Shown here: positions 56,801 to 64,000 of the stretch, one piece after another | Layout: each line of letters begins with the position of its first letter | Position numbering within the stretch: position 1 is the first letter of the stretch | Assembly (NCBI GenBank): GCA_963836235.1 | Contig: CAWIIP010000001.1 | Coordinates: forward strand, 32,001-96,000 | Direction of reading: 5' to 3' | DNA length: 64,000 bases | DNA from: an uncultured Pseudomonadota bacterium | GTDB taxonomy: Bacteria > Oederibacteriota > Muellerivitia > Muellerivitales > Muellerivitaceae | Translations under genes and position numbers: made by a program | The notes under the pieces: model-generated | Database searches by the model: none | What the model was told of the DNA's origin: nothing | What the model saw: only the letters and a program-made list of their open reading frames with translations

Positions 56801-59779
56801 GCGCGAGGCGAGGCTAGTTATAATCTCGCCGGGACTCTTGAATCGGCTCGAGCCATTTGGGATCCAGACAGCAAGATTGATGTTAATGGGCCTGTTGAAA
56901 AGGAAAAACTTCAAAATATTCTCGCTCTTTTGGGAATTGATACTGAAAAGCATAAAGTTGGAGGCGAGGTCAATGGAAATTTGTCCATTACCGGACTTTT
57001 AGCCAGCCCCGTTGTTGGCTTTTCAGTTACGGGACAAAATTTAAGATACGACAATAATATCTTTCCTTCGGCTGAATTGCATTTTTCGGCCGCCGATGGA
57101 AAAATTAATTTGGAAAAAAACAAGATAACGTTGCCAAAAGGCCAAGTAAATATTGACAGCGGAAACGCCTACTTGGACCCAAAGGATTCAACCGTTGTTG
57201 TGATGGACCTGCGGGGATCCACCCAAAATTTGCCTATCGCTGTTTTTGACCTGACAAGTCAAATCCATTTATCCGGTCGTCTAGCGCTTGAAGAAAAAGA
57301 AACGCGCCCAACTTTTGATGGGCTTCTTTCTATCATCGAATCGGGGCAGGATCCCAAAAACATCGTTCCTTTTGACTTGGCTTTAGGTGTTCATAACAAA
57401 ATAATTGATTTCAAACCTTTAGACAGCACCGAAGCCCAGTTAGTGGGTCGGTTAGACCTTTCCGAGGATGGGAAAATCATTTTTAAGGATTTGCACCTTT
57501 TGAATACCGTCGGTTCTTTTACCGTTGACGGAACTTTAGATTTCAATGGACCCTGCCAATTAGTTTCAGACGCGAAAGATGTACCGATTCAAGAAGTTTG
57601 GAAATGGATTTTCCCCAAGTTTCCATTGAGCGGAACCGGCAATTACCATCTTATTTTAAATGGAACATTGGATGATCCGTTGTTTACCAATTCTATCTCC
57701 GTCTCCAATGGAAAAGTTGGTGACCTGAATTTTGACCTTTTGAATGGTGAAATAAAATCCCATGATAACACCCTTTACTTTGGGACTAAGGACAGTCCGC
57801 TTATGCTAAGCCGGAAGGGGCAATTTACCTTCACCGTGGGAGGCAAAATGCCATTTGCCATGACCACGGCTAGTTGGCTTAAAGTTCAAAATCACGAAAT
57901 GGACATTACAGCCAATATGGATCAAGGCGATTTTGGCATCATTCTTCTGGCGGGTTTTGCGAAACAGGCGTCGGGTAGTATGGATTTTTCAGCCCATGTT
58001 GGGGGAACACTTGATAATCCAAATGTCATCAGCATGGACCTGGATTTAAATAAATGTCGGTTGGTTCCTGAGATTGTGGCGCAATCAATTGAGGATATCA
58101 GTGGACGAATTAAGATTCGGAACAACCACTTAGGTGTTGAGGACCTTAATGGACGAATTGGACAAGGCCGCGTTTTTATCACTTCGGATCCTGTTGAAAA
58201 AAGCAAAATGGTTCTGGAAAATTTTATCCCCCAATATTTGGATTTTCACGTTCGAACGGTTGGGGATCATGGCTTATGGCTTAGCATTCCAACTATTATG
58301 AAAAAAGGAGAATGGGGTGAAATTTATTTTTATGGTTCCAGCCCCGATGATGACATGCTTGTCAAGGGGTCGTTGGAAGAGCCTCATGTCATTGGAACGG
58401 CTTTTTTGGATACAGGCCATTTTACCTTTCCGCCGGAACCGGCGGTTGATGAACATGGGAAACCAATCGAGTACCGGGAATTGGCTGGAGTTTATTTTCA
58501 GTTAAAACTGAAAGCCGGAAAAAACACTTGGTATTCCAATGACTTTGATACTCAATATTTGGAGTTGAAGGTTGATCCCGGTGATGAAATTTCCATTGAG
58601 GGAAAAGACGCTGATCGTACACTCGAGGAAGCAGGAATCAAGTGTGTTGGTGAGGCTGGGTCCAAGCAAGGCTGGCTCCGGTATTTGGGACATGAGTTTC
58701 AATTGGAGGAGGCGACTCTCCATATTCCAAAAGGGAAACCCCCCATTATGCAGGGGCGTGCGACAGATCGTCTTAGGGGAATTGAAGTTCCGTCGGCAGG
58801 AGGGGTTCAGAAGACCGACATGGATATATGGGTTGATTTCAACGGATCTTTTGGAAAAATCGACTTTACCCTTGATTCAAACCCTCGATTCAGCATGACT
58901 GATAAGGACATACAACAAAAGTTATTACTTTCTTATATCATGTTTGGCCGTGACATGACCGGGTATACAAGTCAACAGCTGCAACAGTATTTTCAGCAAA
59001 ATAACGGTCAAGTGGTCAGCGATTCTCTTCTCGAGACATTCGATCGTATTTCATCAAGTCAAGCCACACAGTTACTGAGGCCATTAGGGCAAAAGCTTGG
59101 TGGAATTGATATGACGGTCGACGCCAATCTCGGTAGCGCTCTTTACGGTAGTAATCAAAATAATTCTTCAGTTACCACAACGGGCGGAGTATCCCAAGTT
59201 GTTCCGGTGGGCCAGGCTAATAATGTAGTAGGAGCGACTGTTCCGTTGGTCCAGGTTAAGATTATCAAACCGCTTGATAGTAAGCTTTCAATTTTAGCCG
59301 TTCCAGGAGTTAACCGGGATTCTTTGACGGGAATTGCTGGCCTGCAGGGACAATTTGGTCTTCAGTACGATTTGTCCCGTAATTTGAACCTCAACGCAAC
59401 CACGGGTGCAAATGATATTGGTCAGCAGGAAACAAAAGTTGGATTTGAACTTCACCAATCTTTGCCTGATATTATGAGTCCGAAAAAGGGCGACACAGTC
59501 AAACCTCATTTTGAAAGAACCGACGCTTACACCATTGGAACTGGCAAATATCAGCTTATCTGGGTCACGGATAAAGTAACGAGGAGCGAAGTAAAGATAG
59601 TGGATGAAAATGGGCAGGTGGTTCAAGATGTTTCTGAAAATACTGAACACGAATACGACCATCAGATGATTGTGGATAAACTAAATCCAGCCGCAGACTA
59701 CAAGGTTGAAATCTTGGTCAAGGATTTAAACGAAAACGAAAACGAAGCTATTTTAAAGATTTCCGCTTCAGAAGATTAA
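53873..59779 (+). CDS. tamB: TamB/AsmA-like bridge protein with an extra C-terminal FN3-like domain
   Basis: N-terminal TM anchor, about 1900 aa of repetitive beta-strand sequence (GTxxxP motifs), DUF490-like FTLDSNP...LLLSYIMFG; immediately upstream of bamA. Confidence 0.8.
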   Translation: MKAKPEADSGFVKATPDNRDKPRKFQRLRWVLLIMAILTGAFLFFQYRIVDTQLRPIIEKQLAQAVHSPVSIGSVRAGLTGNVVLNHVSLMVPGSPWESRLVVEQISVSVDLFSLLFHRKPLEDCFESLFFLHPDIVLVKNITSPVPLAGLSGSATVVAPAVTVPIPVFPVPKISVREGSFSIQAEKTPREVLHGLNFSAATDNGAIWGLSLLAHSPEAGSQGIVQFDGSLRLEDLRVRGVTKLHQWPLASTSSTLKDTTGWELSSGTIDMESPVVLQPGRPIWFDAKADLSQAVLKSPNPVGVTFAQITGRAMIRPNEVTVPGEIKFQVGETPWRASGLIPFDGRPLSVRTSTDELFLSSVFEDILKLKDMKAGGKGSATLSVAGTFSNPIIDGTAQLGPSSVGDWQLDSLSLKAGYENGQFQLKEADGQLYEGTLTANGFLALSGQPDAPVSLNVNLVNVEAEKVASTLGISGTEGRIDQEVHIGGSMEKPIISSSGQMELARTLRNTLFHYSIRNNVQMKDQKLQISATINDKSRLEGLFDEKTDYWELQKFSIMAGKKIVKLVGTGVLPKSDDKPMQIEVSGKDIPIENLPFFNDQFQDITGKVNLDFQASGTRKEPRELVHLVSDAVTIKTISDESTSAEVESYSLEALLSWEPDEVKFQKLTIGDPSNEIFSAVGYLGRKPESSNDLKVTANGFPIQHIAEITQWNNPPQPFEGSVTGHMHISGSADNPIVEGDDIGIEDLKVGDWHAAKVAASLNMEDGKLHFKKLKLDQGLGFLAASGSWDTKAQPGILTLRFSMTEFQLGSGPYLSGDFLLDAKTTGDPFWQNWNGNFSTTAFDLRDLKNKTYHFNNFSMAAVFADMVLKGRLTLGKAIDGSAILDLSGTVPTVQADLKIQPSLLSEVPELIQFLPPSLKVAGYISGGIKLKQGTLEELPIEGSVSVTNGKIQKYSFDRMGFNFNGGKTKVSSSFTLARGEASYNLAGTLESARAIWDPDSKIDVNGPVEKEKLQNILALLGIDTEKHKVGGEVNGNLSITGLLASPVVGFSVTGQNLRYDNNIFPSAELHFSAADGKINLEKNKITLPKGQVNIDSGNAYLDPKDSTVVVMDLRGSTQNLPIAVFDLTSQIHLSGRLALEEKETRPTFDGLLSIIESGQDPKNIVPFDLALGVHNKIIDFKPLDSTEAQLVGRLDLSEDGKIIFKDLHLLNTVGSFTVDGTLDFNGPCQLVSDAKDVPIQEVWKWIFPKFPLSGTGNYHLILNGTLDDPLFTNSISVSNGKVGDLNFDLLNGEIKSHDNTLYFGTKDSPLMLSRKGQFTFTVGGKMPFAMTTASWLKVQNHEMDITANMDQGDFGIILLAGFAKQASGSMDFSAHVGGTLDNPNVISMDLDLNKCRLVPEIVAQSIEDISGRIKIRNNHLGVEDLNGRIGQGRVFITSDPVEKSKMVLENFIPQYLDFHVRTVGDHGLWLSIPTIMKKGEWGEIYFYGSSPDDDMLVKGSLEEPHVIGTAFLDTGHFTFPPEPAVDEHGKPIEYRELAGVYFQLKLKAGKNTWYSNDFDTQYLELKVDPGDEISIEGKDADRTLEEAGIKCVGEAGSKQGWLRYLGHEFQLEEATLHIPKGKPPIMQGRATDRLRGIEVPSAGGVQKTDMDIWVDFNGSFGKIDFTLDSNPRFSMTDKDIQQKLLLSYIMFGRDMTGYTSQQLQQYFQQNNGQVVSDSLLETFDRISSSQATQLLRPLGQKLGGIDMTVDANLGSALYGSNQNNSSVTTTGGVSQVVPVGQANNVVGATVPLVQVKIIKPLDSKLSILAVPGVNRDSLTGIAGLQGQFGLQYDLSRNLNLNATTGANDIGQQETKVGFELHQSLPDIMSPKKGDTVKPHFERTDAYTIGTGKYQLIWVTDKVTRSEVKIVDENGQVVQDVSENTEHEYDHQMIVDKLNPAADYKVEILVKDLNENENEAILKISASED
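53897..53922. repeat. REP-like palindrome inside the tamB N-terminus
   Basis: TCCGGC-T-TCG-taaagg-CGA-C-GCCGGA hairpin. Confidence 0.45.
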
Positions 59780-59997
59780 ACTTTAGTTGGATTGAATCTC
59801 GTATAAAATTTCTAATAAAAATAACCCTTCCTGTTCTCTGAAAACGTCTATAAATCAGACAAATGCCGCCTTGAAAGTGGCTCTCAGAAATCTTATTTCA
59901 TCCAAGACCTTTGTTTAAGTATCATTTGCTGATTCCCGTGGGGCCTGCTAGAATGCGCGTCTTTGCATGGCTTTTTGACGGCATTTAGATCCGATTA

Positions 59998-62364
59998 GTG
60001 AATGTTTTGTCTATTTCAGAAGTGAAAGGTTTGTTTTTGCGACGCTTTAAATCAACTCCGTTTTTTCTCGGCTTAAGCCTAGCTTTTGCATTCACTTTTT
60101 GTCTCTTTTGTGCCGGTTCTTTACGAGCACAGGATGACGCCGAAACCGCCAAAATATCCGCTCTTAAAATCGAAGGAAACAAAAACGTCTCCAGTTTAAT
60201 TATTTACGGACATATACAAGAGAAGGAGGGCGATGTCTTCTCTTTGCGTCGTGTTCGAATGGATATTCATAATCTTTTTTCCATGGGTGATTTTAAAAAT
60301 GTGAAAGTGGAAGCTTTACCGGGTGAAAAGGCAAATCAAATCATACTGATTTTTAAAGTCGAGGAACGGTCAATTATCGGCAAGATGGTTTTTAGGGGAA
60401 ACAAAAAATGGGAAGCGAAAAAATTCCTTGAGGAAATGAAGCTGGCTCCCAAAGCCGCCTTCAATCAGGCGAAATTAAACGACGATTTGGCTGCCATCAA
60501 AAAGCTTTATATGGATGAAGGTTATTCAAACGTCCTTGTCCAATCCCAAATTAAGTCTGGAGCGCAGGAAAACACGATCGACCTTATCATTGAAATTACA
60601 GAAGGGTTTCAAATTAAAGTTGGCGGTGTTGACGTTATTGGCGCCCAGGCTTTCAGCGGTAATAAAGTGGCTGATCAAATGAAGGAAAACAAAAAAGGGG
60701 AAAAATACAAACCCGATGTTTTAAATGACGACATGAAAGCCATTGAGGAATTTTATCACGATGAGGGGTACTTAAAAGCGGTCGTTTTGGATCATGAGGA
60801 AAAAGTAAATGAACAAAAGAAAAGAGTTTATCTGACAATCACGGTAAAAGAAGGCGTTAGGTACACCTTGGGAGACTTAAAAATAACCGGTAACATCCTC
60901 TTGGATGATTCGGAACTTTTAAAAGCTTTTGGCTTGAAAAAGGGAAACCTTTTGAGAAAGAAGGATCTGGACGAGGGAACGCGTAACATGAGGTCAATGT
61001 ATGCCGACCGGGGTTACATTTATTCAAACATTAATCCTGTAATGACCTACGATGATGATCTTAAAAAAGCTGATATTACTTTTGAGGTGACGGAGGGACA
61101 GGTTGCTTATATCCAAGATATTAAAATTGTTGGAAATTATAAAACTCAGGATTATGTCATTCGCCGGGAACTGGAAATCAAAGCAGGGGACAAGTTTGAG
61201 GCCGCTAAGATTAAGTTGTCCATACAAAACCTTATGAATTTGGGGTTTTTCGAGGAAGTTAATCCGGATGTTGAACCAGGCGATGGTCCGGGGAAGGAAA
61301 TCCTTGTTTTCAAAGTGAAAGAACGAAAAACCGGATCGATTAGTGTGGGTGGTGGGTATAGTTCCGTGGATGGTTTCGTGGGAAATGTTAAGTTGGAGGA
61401 AGGGAACCTATTCGGAAAAGGACAAAAAGCAACTTTGGATATTGAATTTGGGGCTTCACGCACAAGCTTTAGTGTCGGCTTTACCGAACCCTGGCTTTTC
61501 AATACGAGAACCTCGCTGAGTATTAATCTTTTTGACACAACTCGAATTTTCACTACGGCGGTTTTGAATCCAGATGGTACCAACAATTTTTACACCGAAA
61601 CCGAAATCGGAGGTACGGTTAGCTTGGGTCGGCGTTTGAGCCGATATTGGAGTCTATACGGTTCTTATACGCTACAAAATGTTGATGTTTATAACGTTGA
61701 TTCCTATTACGCCACTATCGGCAGCCCGCAATATATCGCTGCGACAGATTCGACCACCAGTAGTGTCACTCCCCGAATTGTTTATGACAGTAGGGACAAT
61801 TATTTTGATACCACATCTGGTTGGAAACACCAGCTTTCCATAGAGTTTGCGGGTGGGCCCCTAGGATTTGACAATAACTTCGTAAAAGCCATAGAAGACA
61901 GCAGTCATTTTATTCCCCTGCCCGCGGGTTTTGTGATCGGAGAACATGTTCGTTTAGGCGCGGGACAGGGTTATTGGTTTGCAGGAAGGGGATATTCCGA
62001 TTTGCCCCTCTACGAAAAATTTTTTGCGGGTGGTACGGACACTATCCGGGGTTATAACGAAAGAAGCGTCGGCCCTGTCGCTGGTGGGAACGCCCTTTTT
62101 GTCTCTAACACGGAACTCAAGCACCCTATTGTGGGCCCGCTTCGTGGCGTTGTTTTCTTTGACGCAGGAGACGCCTGGACAAATATTTGGAATACGGATG
62201 AATCGCATGTCCAATATGGGGCAGGAGTGGGGCTGCGATTAACGATTCCCGGAACGATTATGGATATACGTCTTGACTATGGTTGGCCCATTCATTCGGA
62301 TTTGTCTTCGGAGGCTGCGCCACCAGGCGGTGTACTGCATTTTAACTTGGGGAATCTCTTTTAA
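59998..62364 (+). CDS. bamA: Outer-membrane protein assembly factor BamA
   Basis: POTRA repeats, GNYKTQDYVIRREL, LGFFEEV, GGTDTIRGY, C-terminal FNLGNLF; exact start uncertain. Confidence 0.93.
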   Translation: MNVLSISEVKGLFLRRFKSTPFFLGLSLAFAFTFCLFCAGSLRAQDDAETAKISALKIEGNKNVSSLIIYGHIQEKEGDVFSLRRVRMDIHNLFSMGDFKNVKVEALPGEKANQIILIFKVEERSIIGKMVFRGNKKWEAKKFLEEMKLAPKAAFNQAKLNDDLAAIKKLYMDEGYSNVLVQSQIKSGAQENTIDLIIEITEGFQIKVGGVDVIGAQAFSGNKVADQMKENKKGEKYKPDVLNDDMKAIEEFYHDEGYLKAVVLDHEEKVNEQKKRVYLTITVKEGVRYTLGDLKITGNILLDDSELLKAFGLKKGNLLRKKDLDEGTRNMRSMYADRGYIYSNINPVMTYDDDLKKADITFEVTEGQVAYIQDIKIVGNYKTQDYVIRRELEIKAGDKFEAAKIKLSIQNLMNLGFFEEVNPDVEPGDGPGKEILVFKVKERKTGSISVGGGYSSVDGFVGNVKLEEGNLFGKGQKATLDIEFGASRTSFSVGFTEPWLFNTRTSLSINLFDTTRIFTTAVLNPDGTNNFYTETEIGGTVSLGRRLSRYWSLYGSYTLQNVDVYNVDSYYATIGSPQYIAATDSTTSSVTPRIVYDSRDNYFDTTSGWKHQLSIEFAGGPLGFDNNFVKAIEDSSHFIPLPAGFVIGEHVRLGAGQGYWFAGRGYSDLPLYEKFFAGGTDTIRGYNERSVGPVAGGNALFVSNTELKHPIVGPLRGVVFFDAGDAWTNIWNTDESHVQYGAGVGLRLTIPGTIMDIRLDYGWPIHSDLSSEAAPPGGVLHFNLGNLF

Positions 62365-62391
62365 GTTCCATTCAATTTCTTGATATTGAGT

Positions 62392-63443
62392 GCTGAATTC
62401 AACCAGTAAGTGCAACACCTAGACGAAAGACCTGCTCCGGCGTTTTGAAGCGAAGGCACTTGCGTGGACGGCTGTTGAGAGCCCGCTCCACACGTCGCAC
62501 GTTCGCTGGAGTTATGGTAGCAAAATCGGTTTTCTTTGGATAGAAGCGCCGCACCAAACCATTAGTGTTTTCGACGGTTCCCTTTTCCCAACTGTGGAAA
62601 GGAAGACAGAAAAAGGAACGGGTTCCTAAGAGATTGTTAACTTGAAGATGCTCGATGTTTTCAGAGCCGTTGTCGTAAGTAATGGTCCGGCGTAACCCCT
62701 TCGGAAAGAGGGTGAGCCGTCGATTGATAGCTGCTCGTGTTTTCGAAGCGGACTTTTGAGGCAACCAGGCGAGTTTCACGAGGCGGCTTTTTCGTTCGAC
62801 CATCACCAAAAGGGAGGCTTTACTTTTTCTGGAGATGATGGTGTCCGCTTCCCAGTGACCAAATTGACGCCGCGTCTGCACGATGGCGGGTCGTTGAGTG
62901 ATCGGAGTTCGTTCTGGAATATGGCTTTTTCGATGTTTGTGCGAATGCCATCGGCGAAGCCGCTTTCGATGGGAACGAGCCAAGAGAGGGATGAGGTTTC
63001 GGGCTTCGGAATAAATGAACTGGTAGACGGCCTCGTGGGAAATGAATAGTTTGGAGTTCTCAAGGCGAAGCTGACCAGCAATTTGTTCGGGAGAAAACCC
63101 CTGATGAAGCTTACGCAAAACATGTTGTCGGATCCCTGGTTTTTTGAGACGCAGATGGGTCCGAGAGAGTTGGTTACGCTGGGTAGATCGCAGGTGAGCC
63201 CGAGCTGGTAGATAACGGCCAGGACGTAAAGGTGGTGCGTTACGCTTCAACTCTCGGGAAACACTGGACACATCACGTTCGAGGCGTCGGGCGATTTCTC
63301 GTATGGAGAGGCCTTCTGCCTTCCAAACTGCGATTTCTTCACGTTCGGCCAACGACAGGTGCTTGTAGGATTGTTTCATAAAACTTAGGATAACCCCCGG
63401 ATTCTGCCGGGGCTAAGTGTTGCACTTCGCTATTGAACTGGGG
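62392..63443 (-). mobile_element. IS30-family insertion sequence
   Basis: Imperfect terminal IRs GCTGAATTCAACCAGTAAGTGCAACA / CCCCAGTTCAATAGCGAAGTGCAACA; 3-bp direct repeat AGT at 62389-62391 and 63444-63446. Confidence 0.9.
62399..63379 (-). CDS. IS30-family DDE transposase
   Basis: HLSLAERE HTH, GHWEADT, TITYDNGSE, SWEKGTVENTNGLVRR, LNSRPRKCL. Confidence 0.97.
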   Translation of the reverse strand: MKQSYKHLSLAEREEIAVWKAEGLSIREIARRLERDVSSVSRELKRNAPPLRPGRYLPARAHLRSTQRNQLSRTHLRLKKPGIRQHVLRKLHQGFSPEQIAGQLRLENSKLFISHEAVYQFIYSEARNLIPLLARSHRKRLRRWHSHKHRKSHIPERTPITQRPAIVQTRRQFGHWEADTIISRKSKASLLVMVERKSRLVKLAWLPQKSASKTRAAINRRLTLFPKGLRRTITYDNGSENIEHLQVNNLLGTRSFFCLPFHSWEKGTVENTNGLVRRFYPKKTDFATITPANVRRVERALNSRPRKCLRFKTPEQVFRLGVALTG

Positions 63444-63512
63444 AGTTTTAAATTTTCGTAATAATTGATTTAGAACTTAAAACTGCCCCCCAAAAACAAA
63501 TATAATGCCGAC

Positions 63513-64000
63513 ATGAAAATTCTTCTGACTAATGATGACGGAATCGACGCATTTGGCCTAAAGGCCCTTTACGAAGCGGTCAAACATTTAGGTGAGATCG
63601 CTGTTTCGGCACCAGATAGGCAAGCAAGTGCCACTGGCCATTCCATTTCGCTCAATACTCCATTTCGTGTTCTTTCCTCAGCCTGGCCCGAGGTTCCTTA
63701 TTCTTACAGTGTCTCCAGCACTCCGGCGGATTGCGTGAGAACCGCGGTCCTAAAGCTATTGCCTTGGAAACCTGATTTAGTGATATCCGGCATCAACCAG
63801 GGCGCTAATTATGGCTCACTCATCCTTTATTCAGGCACGGTAGCTGCGGCGGCGGAAGCGGTGTTATTAGGAATTCCATCGATGGCTATTTCATTGACTA
63901 GCCATACTTTTAAGGATTTTACCGTTAGTGCTCAATTTGCCAAAAAAATCAGCCAATGGATCATAGAAAAGGGTTTGAGCCCTGGAATCTTCCTGAATGT
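63513..64000 (+). CDS. surE: 5'/3'-nucleotidase SurE, cut by the right window edge
   Basis: Hand translation MKILLTNDDGIDAFGLKAL...STPADCV...PDLVISGINQGANYG...YSGTVAAAAEA. Confidence 0.95.
   Translation, partial: MKILLTNDDGIDAFGLKALYEAVKHLGEIAVSAPDRQASATGHSISLNTPFRVLSSAWPEVPYSYSVSSTPADCVRTAVLKLLPWKPDLVISGINQGANYGSLILYSGTVAAAAEAVLLGIPSMAISLTSHTFKDFTVSAQFAKKISQWIIEKGLSPGIFLN

Noticed and set aside
1-64000. CRISPR array, tRNA/rRNA, prophage or defence island
   Set aside because: No regularly spaced direct repeats, cloverleafs, or phage or defence genes were seen by eye

Overview
Core chromosomal region of a diderm (Gram-negative-type) bacterium, translated with the standard code. LptD, LptF/G, LolC/E-LolD, TamB and BamA show an outer membrane; mcsA-mcsB-clpC and two PorV/UPF0164-like barrels argue against a proteobacterium (lineage is inference only). 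In order: a GT-C/TIGR03663-like glycosyltransferase cut by the left edge (minus strand); PorV-like barrel; an exported protein with a ~550-aa LPPLP/DNS-repeat tail; lptF, lptD, uvrA; second PorV-like barrel; Crp-family regulator; polyprenyl synthase; an 11-subunit complex I (nuoABCDHIJKLMN, no nuoEFG); ccsA/hemX-hemA-hemC-cobA/hemD-hemB-hemL; two paralogous Pro/Thr-linker TPR proteins; an AT-rich orphan membrane protein; a GH5 enzyme; ymdB-ygfA-rarA with 6S RNA; glgP; an elongated zapA, zapB-like gene and pheT without pheS; frameshifted prfB, lysS, lolE, lolD, mcsA, mcsB, clpC, tamB (extra C-terminal FN3-like domain), bamA; an intact IS30 with a 3-bp target duplication; surE cut by the right edge. 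No rRNA, tRNA, CRISPR array or prophage was seen. Best leads: the PorV / Pro-repeat protein / Lpt / GT-C envelope locus, the extended TamB-BamA pair, the barrel-TPR gene pair, and a TTAA-flanked miniature element family that sits on TAA stop codons. All family calls come from motif recognition by eye; no searches were run.
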